DNA of 49,654 nt from Candidatus Cloacimonadota bacterium (GTDB lineage Bacteria > Cloacimonadota > Cloacimonadia > Cloacimonadales > TCS61), in contig JAUXFF010000003.1 in NCBI GenBank assembly GCA_030620155.1, positions 1 through 49,654 on the forward strand. Reading direction: 5' to 3'. Both the position numbers and the translations under genes were made by a program. The notes below the pieces were generated by a model that was given only the letters and a program-made list of their open reading frames with translations, was not told the DNA's origin and made no database searches. Of the stretch, positions 41,701-47,110 are shown piece by piece. Positions within the stretch are counted from its first letter, which is position 1, and each line of letters starts with the position of its first letter.

Positions 41701-44700
41701 GAAAACTGGGATAAGATATATGCTGTTTCCAGAGACTGTCAGGATAGGCCTACAGAGGAAGTACACTTCCAGTTCTATGTTGGTGAAGAGTGGATAACAT
41801 TTGCTATTGCTCAGGCTCCAATGGGAGGCGAATCAGAAAATGGTATGGATCTGTGGATGGTTGAATTCAATGCTGATAATATGATCACAACAACACTTCG
41901 TGCAATTGCATATTATAATAACGCTTTGGATGAATTAACTGAATCCAGTATTAAACCTGAATTAGCAGTTCAATACTTATATACACCTGAACAAGGTGGT
42001 ATATTCGATCTTGCTGAAGGAACTACAAATGAAGATGTACATTTCTTCTACAGAGATTTAGTAAGAGCTACTATCCAGCAGGGTGAAAGAGTACCGTTCT
42101 TCTTTGGTATGAATGAAGTTAATGATAATAATGAACAATCTACAGAAGTAGAATTGTTTACTCCACATCAATTAGCTGATGATGAATTAACATTTGAAGC
42201 ATTAACTTGTGAAACTAACCTGTTGAATTTCATGGATGATGAATTCGGTAATGTATTAACATTGTGGTCTGCTTCAGTTGATCCTATGAATGGTTATAGT
42301 ATCAATCTGAACAGAGCTATAATTGATGTACATCCGATCACTGGACAGGGCAGTTTTGGTACTATGACTTCTGAAGACGGTGTAATGGATATAACTGTAC
42401 CCGCTAATGGCGGTGGCTCAGGTTGGATTTACTTCGAACCAGTGCTTGAAGAAGATGAAATCACCTATGATTGGGATATGATTCCAATCGCACGTCAGGA
42501 AGTTGTTCGTGGTGATATAGGACAAGCTCATGCAGAAAGTGACTTCAACATGTACTTCGTAGAGGGCTTCAGAGATATTGATCCTGATGCTCCGGTATAT
42601 ATGATCTGGTCACATGGACAAGGTGGCGGTGGTTATCGTGACACATGGGAATTCGAATGGGATGAAATACTCGAAGCTGAATTTATCTTTGAAGGTGAAA
42701 CTCCTATAGGTGCAAGTTGGTCATGGGATCTGGAAAAAGGATTTTATACCCTTATTCAACTGGTAGATCCTGGTTATGAAGTTGAATTTGTAGCAGTTGA
42801 TAATCAATATACTGATCCGATGGATCTTATGTGGTCATCATTTGCTCCAACAGGTTATGGACTTGCAGGATGGCTGCAAGAAATGATATTACCTGGTTGG
42901 GATGATCTTGATTTCTACTTCCGAACCTTTATGTTCTATAATTCTGAAACAGGTGAATATGAAGTTGATGATGATGTTGATATCGATGTTTACCTGGATG
43001 ACATTAGAATAGTTAATGATAATGAAGCTGATCCTACCTGGGTTGGTCATGATCTGGATGTTGACCCTGTATCAGGTATGTTTGAAATCGAACTGCTGGA
43101 TGATAATGAGGAATATTTCTTCGATGATCCCCCAGGAGAAGTTCATACAATAACAGTCTTTATATATCAGAACGGATTCGAAACAGCAACAGTAAGTCAG
43201 GAATTTGCTATTGATCATACTCCTCCTCATGTTGATAATCTGACAGGTGGTGGATATATCAGACATAATGTAACTCTGGCTGTTGATATTACTGATCCTG
43301 AAACACAAATCAACTCAGAATCTATCCAGGTAGCACTGATTAATCCTGAAGTTATTGAACTTGAACTGTTCATACCTATTATCATTGATGTTGGAAGTAT
43401 GGATATAACAGAAATTGAAAATGGTTATCATTGTGAATATACTATTACATTGGATGACCTTGGTATGATCATGAACCAAGGGTTCGAACCCTGGAATGAT
43501 GATGTGAATGAAGTTATGGTTGTCTGGTCGGCAATGGATAATGTCGAAATATATAACTGGATGGATCTTGGATTCAATCCCGCAATATATATTGTTGACG
43601 TTGCTCCTCCACAGGTATGGGCAATTTCACCTATCGGACCTCCAATCGATAATGATGGTGACGGTCTGTTTAATGAAGACCCGATCAACGGAATCAATGA
43701 AGACCAAGACTTCGATGATTGGAATAATAATGGTGTACAAGACGGTGAGTGGGTTATTGATGATACATTAGGTTGTTGGACTTGGGTAGGTGAACCACCA
43801 ATCGTTGATGAAGATCCATTCGATTATGGTCCAGACACCTTATTATACGGAACTGAGATAGTTGTAGCTATAGGTTATGAAGATATTCCTGGTGCTACCG
43901 TTGTAGATCCATGGTATACATGGTGGTCAGGTGCATGTGGTGTTGATACTGAAAACATACTTGTAACCCTGAACGGTGAAATTCTTCCGAATGAAGATGC
44001 TATCATCACCGAAGGTGTATGGCAATACGGATTCAATAGAGATCTCCTGACACCTGGACATTACGTAGTAATTGCAAGTGTACCTGATATGGTCGGTAAT
44101 GTCGGTAGTGTTAACTGGGAGTTCGAAGTACTTGGAGCAGCTCCGACAGTATCGTTTATTGAACCGGAAGCTGGCTGGTGGTTAACAACACATACAGATA
44201 ATACTCTCGAATTTACTGTAGAAACTCTGGAAGGATGCCCGGTTGCATTCGATGGTGTTGTAGCATATGTATGGCAAGAACCTAGCAATATAATCATTCA
44301 AGGACCTATGACAATCTCTCCGGATCCTTATGGTGTATACTCAGTGATAATAAATACTGGTATTGTGGGTGAAGATGAAACTGCAGTTGCATTACAAGTA
44401 TTCGCCGCTACAATTTGGGGTGATGAATCAGAAAGCTGGCAGTCCTACGGAATTGATAATACTGATCCTACTATCGAAATCGTTTCTCCGGAAGATGGTG
44501 AACACTTCGAATTGCATGAAGCTGTTCATATAATTGCTACTTATGATGATGTTCAATATGAACCGGAAAGAGATGGTAATTCTCCTGACGAGAATGCTCT
44601 TTCAATCAAAATAGGTGATATTTCTACCAGAGAAAATGGTTCGGGTATTGATTATGCTGAAGTTGTAATTACAGATCCTTTAGGTGGTATGGAAACCTAT

Positions 44701-47055
44701 ACCGGTGGTGATAACTATGTAGAACATGTGATCCTAGCAGGTGAATTGATCGCAGGTACTTATGTGGTTACAGTCAATGCTGAAGACATGGTGGGTAACG
44801 TGGGAGTTGAAACAATTGATTTCATAGTTGATTGTCCTGCACCTACTGTTCAATTCATTGAACCGGAAGCTGGTTGGTGGTTAACAACATACATAGATAA
44901 TACTCTTGAATTTACTGTAGAGACCCATGAACAGGGTCCGCTTGCATTCGATGGTGTTGTTGCTTATGTATGGCAAGAACCTATCCATGTTGTGGTTCAA
45001 GGACCTATGACACTTTCTCCGGATGAATATGGTGTATATTCTGTACACATAAATGCCGGTGTTATAGGAGCAGATGAGACTTTTGCAGTACTGCAAGTAT
45101 TTGCAACCACAATCTGGGATGATACTTCAGAATCTAATCAGGCTTATGCTATAGATAATGCAGATCCTACAATTGAATTCCTATCACCTGATGATGAAGA
45201 GATCTTCGGTTTGAATGAAGCTGTACATATCCTTGCAACTTATGAAGATGTTCAATCTGAACCTCAAAGAGATGACGCTACAATTAATATAGGAGATAGT
45301 TCTACCAGAGATAATGGTAGTGGTATTGATCATGCTGAACTTATAATTATAGATCCTACAGGAGCTTCGGAAACCTATGCGGGTGGTGATGGCTTTGTAG
45401 AACATGATATTCTAGCCGGTGAATTGATCGCAGGTACTTATGTACTTACAGTCAATGCTACAGATATGGTAGGTAACATAGGAGTTGCATCAATTGAATT
45501 CTATGTTGATGCTCCGTCACCTACAGTAACCTTCCATCCATTCAATGGTAGCTGGTGGTTCAATCCTGCATATAACACAGTACCATTTACCTTTGAAGTT
45601 CATTCTACCGGTGAAGTTCCAATTGCTGAAGACGGAGTTGTAGTTACATTCTATGGTGTTGTACCTGGTGAAGATATTATCTTACAAGGTCCACAAACAT
45701 TAGTATATTCAGAAAGTGGATTATATGAAATATGCCTGGGTGCAAATGTACCATCAAGTTGTACGGGTATAATCCTTGGAGTTGAAGTAACTAATGTTTA
45801 CGGCGTGTCTGTAGAATGCTTCCAGACTTATGGAATTGATGATGAAGCTCCGATTATTACCTTCGTTAGCCCGGAATACGGTGAATACTTCAGCTTAGAA
45901 GCTATTGTCAATGTTCTGGCAACCTTCACTGATACACAGGAAGGTGGTAGAGCTTCAGTTAGAACCTATGGTTCAGGAATACTTTCAGCCAACTTGAAGG
46001 TTGAAGATCCTCTGGGCAATATCGTTGTTGAAGTAGATGAAGGTGAAGATGTACAGCAAATTGGAGCTGCGGTTGCAGATCTGGTTATTGGAACATATAC
46101 AGTTACTGTAACTGTTACGGATAAGGCTTATAATACAGCTATTGCAACACTTCCATTCTACGTTAATGCTGATGCTGTAGGAATTACATTCAATGAACTC
46201 GGACCTGCAGGATGGTGGTATGGACCTCAAATGAATGTTCCATTTACATTCAACATTGTGGGAGATATTGCACAAAACGGTGTAATTGTGAACTTCTACG
46301 GAGCTCCGGATGCAGTCCTGATACAAGGTCCTCAGAGTGTATATGGTTCCCAAGGGTATTATTCTGTCTGGTTAGCTGCTGATGTTGGAGATTATACTGC
46401 TGTAATCCTGGAAGTTGAAGCTACAAATATTTCTGGTCAGGTGACCTATGGTAGCCAGACTTATGGAGTAGATTTGCTAGCTCCTGCTATTACAATCGAA
46501 TCTCCATCTGACGGTGATAAATTCACTGCTGCTGATCTGGTTGATATCCGGGCTTACTATACAGATGGCCAATCCGGAGTGAACACTTATTTACTTAAAG
46601 TAGATGGTGTGATAATTCCCGATTCCATTATGACATCCGTAAGCGAAAGCGGTCTGTTGTACTCAAGCACATATGCATTAGGTGAACATACTATCCAATT
46701 GATTGTAACAGACTTTGTTATGAATATCAATTCGGTAACCTGGTGCTTCTTTGTTTTGGATAAAGACCTTGAACTTACTTTTGAAGATGTTCATGTTTAT
46801 CCTAACCCAATGGATACTGAAGCTGGAGCAACATTCGTAATAGATGTTTCCAAGACAGCAGATATCGAGATTAAGATTTATGACTTTGCAGGAAAAGAAG
46901 TATGTACTCTCACGGGAAGTGACAGAAGTGTAATTACCTGGGATGGGTGTACAAACAAGGGAACTAAACTTGGTCGTGGTGCATACTTTGCTAGAGTTTC
47001 TGCAAATGACGGTAAATCGATCGTTGAAAAGATAATCAAGATAGCGATAAAATAA
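23797..47055 (+). CDS. Giant 7752-aa secreted acidic surface protein with many Ig-like repeats, an adhesin/MAM-like domain and a T9SS/FlgD-type C-terminal domain
   Basis: Uninterrupted 23.3-kb ORF with AAGGAG RBS and signal peptide (LFA-ERD); dozens of D.(A/V)GN ... (V/I)D...P Ig-like repeats; terminal VYPNPM...IKIYDFAGKEV...WDG...GAYFARV...KIAIK. Confidence 0.93.
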   Translation: MKNRMLFLVTFLMVLFSVNLLFAERDITGSTITSSITTYTPGASPTFDFYLDVVDPMFTDAVTDVSVNFPPGVQVLPTGEVPLVLDPWDFIGAYGPPFALDFTGQFGWGVNLTWSSSVAGFFPIPEYGIPVPPGDASCLPGIPVFISPTFTGALVIDWTITSIGTGGGSNYETGQIVIGPPYGLDEINIIGTGGAPTGNDNGFGPTYIIDDCFDIEVITIGEADSMFIDISEFGGPAALQLVKDPSDSLRWTGSYCIEDCTLPAVPCVDDNSATAYATGWWPGPISANQADDNSYPVDNQPPSVSDWGSFTVTDRQTPPDSNGIADFNFGDGIGPDNDEVTYNPGAEGTGDGIVWFVEVGTEFAGDFDSSVLLTQPTLEGTLNWLYWDPTIEVSDNAGNTVYGNAVNPDSLAYLDNDPPNDPDTTYFEVNPTRAIQYAGIGDVIRAVVDMTSLQPIASGMFDFSALDPGPPPDANYQIPGIIDGNLIYADYEVQSGDNEILTPPGLIVYATLIDSASNFSDPPIEIGGTTGDSLFVDGTAPIVIFDIENTGYLRFSPDTDTTLADYTDLTNIPDTLLMSIMLEDWGEIGGPDEFVIRIEQEYLTRDEPNPHAYKTYHIGDEDVWYEETEGPRGWYMVYFWWDGVIPVGSTFGTPGELAPEGIYGFTLWSVTDGAGNEGVLEHVVEHDPWPWTPGETQLNRIHGVIDNTPPEYLQELDVYGVATDAHVDTIYRYINDVDYSGTVNAGDILMGVDQVYFQFGVTRDFTENTEALRRENVTYWIEVAGPDTMRIFWGDEDGNAYPPDPSTQGVDPGTFVEYDTEDAVLFGTILDVNAMVGLGKDIKWIADDTGGMDDLLFKAGTYNVTSMIRDNAGNIRDGLPTRATVELVDILYTAPTLNRLEIVSFHDDGLPPYDANGHHNFYLDSSYDTLRVDYYYDTDDLITVELELADITYLDSVVVENFWPYWNKYFNQVELPTYFPGDFVGNVLTFSYDASEIDETFAWDSLYIVGDVPPTTPGLALNVEIYDTIFGLMPGTALADSFNLIRPEQPVWPDSSSVTLTLSDDRISPGWWSHSYDAEDNPARDLEQDDVDIDIVFDFNGEALTVDFDWFLAIDTEPIDDPMRMAFSAARFSRTDSLAAGDSLYTIPTITFYGLQNNITLPPLVDEHSTEELFVSAYAIAQGYTDGGYVDPPGMGETIVVEPLWIDNTNPGLLQRNGDPLVSWEGDDNYWGHLYPTDEDMAVSWQTTSLTIEFESDEPLPDSLWRLAVVDLDGDPIDLGSGNLTATIDNVAGSEEDTIDGITGYTHFVIDCTINNVPQYSQFLDAVLVVVAPDDEAGNPEHENDPPYPYSLDPFAAGDAYRWDSSEAYVRFMVLEEEPYIQRMEYWHENTYGKIELNGIVTDWGYISEDGTFDLTIQLRDVAYLPIEIIRDISSVIDVDFSQLGTTAVAHENDAIIDTTGTPYEYNIIWDDIPFDGIDLMTRYAEGDTIYIPALLSLDFTTPDEGHVYEDYLELPIIVDIVNPAVTILDPTYIGPYTSRNDLLEGSEYLVQVEVIDDGSGIWEPRDTLYVINDEGAGIIVQRAGAPPPSDLPYLEDFESARGWSDWTVAETPPNGDTWTHTTSLPSACDYGSATGWFAAFDDDGYGSSSDNPLEELISPVINCTGETGVTLDFDGDFEDMAGYGQFWVHVTTNGSTWYQVFYETGDVDPGGFDNHPGLPIDISAYADNEAAVQIKFTYSDEDPGYGSGWAWGCLVDNVSLTATARETAIYDWSVFVPENYTDRMVDFVAEAYDNVNHLGTDIKNWDIGFVPQLAILDLFNADYPYGDVPIPAPWRLKDGDAAALIIGVVDLERIDTVRVKLNTNFEYGARYTYAADEWLILDHDAFASLPDWEGGGRGRVDQTPVFKYLELGNVNNNPHVLNDGEGIVATVGIHHQYYEELDYQEVSTPVDCNAWLVIDNLAPTITDITYTIEDARHEADVTITAIVLDPILGSCPYDGAGVDIGSLNLDLTGLNGDPDVGCSTYNPGTGLAEWNLWWDEDFDSNPLDIDGLLMGDPIDGWITIHAEDYIDNASSADAQIDTQPVVEDVRFYVNDIESDVMFPDDMGIVRVEVDVTAEEFHMAYQLQDRVHLVYTDNIGGTFDSGPPFDFTVYRDRATMLYTYVFYPVFEDLNDLEIGFSVADFDVFAISIYNYRSETYDKDMIIIDYPREDLHGIVESTREQGVYDGNDPTGWFAPEHNIHGELTFFTPTELNTDIVIANFDYVGDFVDPWLNPDEVITDLITPVVLNGGTPHEITINMYTQRAIWEEVITDAQSIWSLYIPPSLQYPGETAMQVIDGYHIPIEIIAYMFGYEMLLPTKYIQVDMNDPAYSMADGWGFYTEEMPRRVDPETDVFDLTLSWFPDTILEPFDWGDTDWDAATMTYTIEIPYEYLPFSDPLVLTTYATDWTPTDEYPSIGGVDPLRIDEPTSAAFVIIPYADDEFGYYDNGASPLPDDSLYYANWLLTPLVRQGFEHGDSVTIQLGQVWDQVAHNEGAAPEITFRFVADYDGVDTDELLIYRYVETEPKNATVAPYVMAGGKFGLQIPVDPYMRDTSILTVEAFTAMLENFVTSTEEADAVLGYWWVGLSTDTLDVGLWWLDQQFSNKVVHPDYTDGTELYTKIRITYNNGSVQETGWITARTENYAIVDGVDPVIHEYGIEVWSETLGYDGEEGYVVPEDIDGRLRITFDDNIMYYEEAPEGYPEVPSILVTGLEDIFFYRIEDGVITPVNDYLIPAQYFDAQRGVWVAEIDSMVVRTDLPEDEETQETIWVSLWDPAGNAYYGNPASKFVEITEDGPIVPVIYGMEVIAGDGLVPWQAFDNINNISGTYFSIAEGENTEITINVYVRAKYKAYIEEMWLDLSTLSGDVHTTIPPFDIVSVSDPDSNLWRGTYVMESPLLTRSEEVIISANTLRWPFGAHDVFTDIFEVTLFVDTNDIEIIDTMVSTMGVDWTINPDGTVEIWATFTDLLGDYPDSLHWLPGDLYPWFSVENGADNFFTPVDIVIPPTNITLVGDNAECYWNIPPAMLHEDLQTDAENTWVSINFNARNIYNETYTWGSDPILVDDQAPGFNEAGSYTYGEYHLDNRTIVPFYTDGLRLGPVWDEYAYLHLVYTDVSGVLEIITDWSHFGGSSSYPVYPMRAQEEFEFLYDAQIYWQWPPVSMNGNVVISITDNVGNVNDDNNNVNTTFVFEENVTFGTYIYPNDDFMQVGPWWYTDQEPTIEMYMEHIVMGFDLIDNNADVWVDEVGEGLLFDPLTLHVNNHVDDEWYPFPHDLTVVNDTTVITLEGAFGFFSEGNYRIQLNTDNIFGHHLTNYVNFNVDLTAPMVTGIQFGSSGSGWTPPVFDMNDVIISYSDWDQIRIRFEDPAIIGTMMPPPPMPGVGVLKDTLFAETTAALYREGVLITEIVPLQWNVNWLTIGIEDLRWAGDNLLPGYYELEMTATDLLGNTANYTKSFFYNHQAAEITLHVFDNNYVELTGGEILHLSDEIAYLGATVDDEFGMVIRVDFELWFDENNNNILDPDDVQYSDIEGDVPVDNHLTSTPDFDVPFECTWHQLDLEWLYVNGGEDAVNDHMDAYNYRHDEGDFNTAIRDWFVVTTATSNSGQTARDTTAVPIIDDVGPAPTIDHLTLDHHTGQDSYIDTEGVHHFFYNYDYDNYIENTSMIYSVCQYDSDGDEEVDHNWPDAWYINYEIYGPDGSLKYTIYDSYMQIPTDYYIGYWDWGYDALTDPGRYDIYAWGYDRIGNQAYSLNHMEVDVFTVGNAWAYLDMWNFDVPGWDLINPIADGSEFGPINPIENILNLRLDATIYHMHEVQYVGFFYNVYDNSDGVPVMIESGLPLPNDSAINPDFGEWADLIYPQEMELWTIAEGDSGRVRIVIPEDLYRGPGFDENDYTYEFYMMITDYTGVPFMHTGHVDDMTEGFRVDYVAPESFMADVADVLSGDLIDDITVVVPEEGNAADEWAEGYDLAGFDHVPTFKWSYDGMRTWNYFETNYPNVWPYDPAEQVFEDGNTRQYWYDDWNSYILDQLAVYNYEGWVYVTAEVQDRRGNWTDATPTQVYVDNQSPDVPITQVAYRLPLDVEVPDPLAYAQWHTLGTFMYEEDNTITAAYNVVNGVGQTEDAFLRMRVHQSEILDLSYYDIPPGESSDLQMPITVYHATGEQLSSWHLYDHEPDPQGYYSFDILLAEENDFWPGTHYFAFVAWDTRNNLEGDEDHSYDIDYDEFMDMWDLQVILVHGQPVETAIIFPDSSFIIGEWVNFGAEYYLRSEVNEMTFQYSETGHSDEWTDIETVEFSEEEAPYFFHIFRHELWQYDGLPFVPGVHVFYEEVGERCEGLLYEYNQFEDDYIGELTWNGADAWTGTFDFPLWDRDYTEYDVVFVADLNDDGVITELDYDVPFIGDNVWPNFWHPNDKLNGTTVEIAPWMLAFNTMDDRLATGLYYFRAVPDGDPRAAMSTSFFIDNDAPIAVIDIEGNDEEVPVFDVWDGNELSLVPLVTDIDGLLVADDDLVIVFYMYSSEAPGTEFRHWYDFDWSMEMAGDYFVEFNVPDPMTDNLDNDGDGFVDEADEANAIMYLRSFGMDVAGNYGFSQEVMIEADNSCAYMHITTINGQVPVGPSWIVDIPEDGIMELEANDITPEIYDGAVFADFYIVEEVDEVDVLHEIELGVPVDEFGYAYATLDMNNFGFDEGYYLLYVVGVDRVDHACEPNVITPVIFNDVTGPSAIITSVGAYDPADLLGVVFTNYAETYVIEVTVADTNDVGTVTLEYSTDDTIWHNVDTQVYDDSDPVVTFNWSPPVEGDATYYLRALPEDWQANDSYIPVTVHIDDTVPVLAADPIITTIVDITIWDDTIVPVLDYRADSVRTMLEYAVDEYHGLFDIASVDVDLVPIVFTRTSHYDLGDNSYVVTGVTGDNFEYDMNDDDAISDEYELVITLTDFAGNTDTLSYYYIVIDNDAPGFIPGSLEHITEMYQTEWYDVSDGEVVQFVLPMGEEGGTRALNWWDDGVQDDNSYFLGIETVEMRLYADDMEDFVEGVIDENYDIWFDWIPDALAEYLYHDIDIDITMTDYYNNSTTQTCNSIQLYDTEVSKARILEVDDNMVDWQAEEYPDVWVTGHDALIETYVPASVDYADNVIFEWFDPELEDWVELDVDGSGVLVPQPPYEYPTSYLYECNWDISELDNGDYLIRAIAIDMAGLWDDDPWVVLVHKDDNQDYPEVYVWDGDVAATELVRGSYYNLTATSEYPEVIDGLSFLYRYVDEEGEVVGDTWFDIGFDADSEVPYYLNDWLIHNTMVPGLEVQIIALADYLGNRYYQPTEQDIFDMGLFVQLPLVDITPPDILDVTFYEFIRDYEEEAIPMWINNSITEMVDLVRSNIAAEYYELGDRDYIEDMSDLHRIILSYTDLELEEHVLEVVWFDDEAEANPYEYNYTNYENGWDISEFENGEYGITLEAWDTADNTSQLSIPFYIDTMAPTSALEITDLGGAPVDYLERGETYLLTANAEDNMMIASYAYVYTVDGGAAIAIDGDAEQVEFTVPEGINYGAELEFTVTVTDMVNLTHESSVTKLVFDSDITEIIITTVGGVPYVPGLHINGEAVGFDILLLGNEEPDLITDVALKYRYVGDVEWELCDEDNPVLIVTGGNNDEAYGTWDVSELDEGDVEVGAVPVSDPENIWEEPLYWATMYIDHTPPELGIPDYVIPSCISDGFMIRVEFAELPADLDHTLVRFEYVIADQADIPEAWTTWTIPPFFGYDSGFWFFEFNPGEEDCPFINSEVYDFRLHIADVAVPDPNTTKVDEIEEVDGGTLFDDEAPIVFVSQIDEYVAPFAEPVEVVLSTSPTFTALAFEHPEQYPFVCGVESVEFYIDGELIDVVFEEPYMTNAWNTTGLMVGPYTLSVTACDFAGNCAEDEVELMLVPYMEPYAVIVGFDFDFEVENWDKIYAVSRDCQDRPTEEVHFQFYVGEEWITFAIAQAPMGGESENGMDLWMVEFNADNMITTTLRAIAYYNNALDELTESSIKPELAVQYLYTPEQGGIFDLAEGTTNEDVHFFYRDLVRATIQQGERVPFFFGMNEVNDNNEQSTEVELFTPHQLADDELTFEALTCETNLLNFMDDEFGNVLTLWSASVDPMNGYSINLNRAIIDVHPITGQGSFGTMTSEDGVMDITVPANGGGSGWIYFEPVLEEDEITYDWDMIPIARQEVVRGDIGQAHAESDFNMYFVEGFRDIDPDAPVYMIWSHGQGGGGYRDTWEFEWDEILEAEFIFEGETPIGASWSWDLEKGFYTLIQLVDPGYEVEFVAVDNQYTDPMDLMWSSFAPTGYGLAGWLQEMILPGWDDLDFYFRTFMFYNSETGEYEVDDDVDIDVYLDDIRIVNDNEADPTWVGHDLDVDPVSGMFEIELLDDNEEYFFDDPPGEVHTITVFIYQNGFETATVSQEFAIDHTPPHVDNLTGGGYIRHNVTLAVDITDPETQINSESIQVALINPEVIELELFIPIIIDVGSMDITEIENGYHCEYTITLDDLGMIMNQGFEPWNDDVNEVMVVWSAMDNVEIYNWMDLGFNPAIYIVDVAPPQVWAISPIGPPIDNDGDGLFNEDPINGINEDQDFDDWNNNGVQDGEWVIDDTLGCWTWVGEPPIVDEDPFDYGPDTLLYGTEIVVAIGYEDIPGATVVDPWYTWWSGACGVDTENILVTLNGEILPNEDAIITEGVWQYGFNRDLLTPGHYVVIASVPDMVGNVGSVNWEFEVLGAAPTVSFIEPEAGWWLTTHTDNTLEFTVETLEGCPVAFDGVVAYVWQEPSNIIIQGPMTISPDPYGVYSVIINTGIVGEDETAVALQVFAATIWGDESESWQSYGIDNTDPTIEIVSPEDGEHFELHEAVHIIATYDDVQYEPERDGNSPDENALSIKIGDISTRENGSGIDYAEVVITDPLGGMETYTGGDNYVEHVILAGELIAGTYVVTVNAEDMVGNVGVETIDFIVDCPAPTVQFIEPEAGWWLTTYIDNTLEFTVETHEQGPLAFDGVVAYVWQEPIHVVVQGPMTLSPDEYGVYSVHINAGVIGADETFAVLQVFATTIWDDTSESNQAYAIDNADPTIEFLSPDDEEIFGLNEAVHILATYEDVQSEPQRDDATINIGDSSTRDNGSGIDHAELIIIDPTGASETYAGGDGFVEHDILAGELIAGTYVLTVNATDMVGNIGVASIEFYVDAPSPTVTFHPFNGSWWFNPAYNTVPFTFEVHSTGEVPIAEDGVVVTFYGVVPGEDIILQGPQTLVYSESGLYEICLGANVPSSCTGIILGVEVTNVYGVSVECFQTYGIDDEAPIITFVSPEYGEYFSLEAIVNVLATFTDTQEGGRASVRTYGSGILSANLKVEDPLGNIVVEVDEGEDVQQIGAAVADLVIGTYTVTVTVTDKAYNTAIATLPFYVNADAVGITFNELGPAGWWYGPQMNVPFTFNIVGDIAQNGVIVNFYGAPDAVLIQGPQSVYGSQGYYSVWLAADVGDYTAVILEVEATNISGQVTYGSQTYGVDLLAPAITIESPSDGDKFTAADLVDIRAYYTDGQSGVNTYLLKVDGVIIPDSIMTSVSESGLLYSSTYALGEHTIQLIVTDFVMNINSVTWCFFVLDKDLELTFEDVHVYPNPMDTEAGATFVIDVSKTADIEIKIYDFAGKEVCTLTGSDRSVITWDGCTNKGTKLGRGAYFARVSANDGKSIVEKIIKIAIK

Positions 47056-47062
47056 ATTAATT

Positions 47063-47090
47063 CTGGGAAGGGGTTAATCCCCCTTCCCGG
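47063..47090 (+). terminator. GC-rich hairpin after the giant gene (no U tail; weak terminator or mRNA stabiliser)
   Basis: gggaagggg-ttaatc-ccccttccc. Confidence 0.55.
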
Positions 47091-47110
47091 ATCAAATTAT
47101 GGAGGAAAAA

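Noticed and set aside
44140-45517. Diversity-generating retroelement TR/VR pair
   Set aside because: Both copies are in-frame coding repeats, differences are not adenine-specific, and there is no reverse transcriptase
1319-46353. Many short antisense or alternate-frame ORFs overlapping long genes (e.g. 1319..1636, 3230..3661, 15615..15983, 35500..36045)
   Set aside because: Shadow ORFs caused by the codon bias of the real genes; no recognisable motifs
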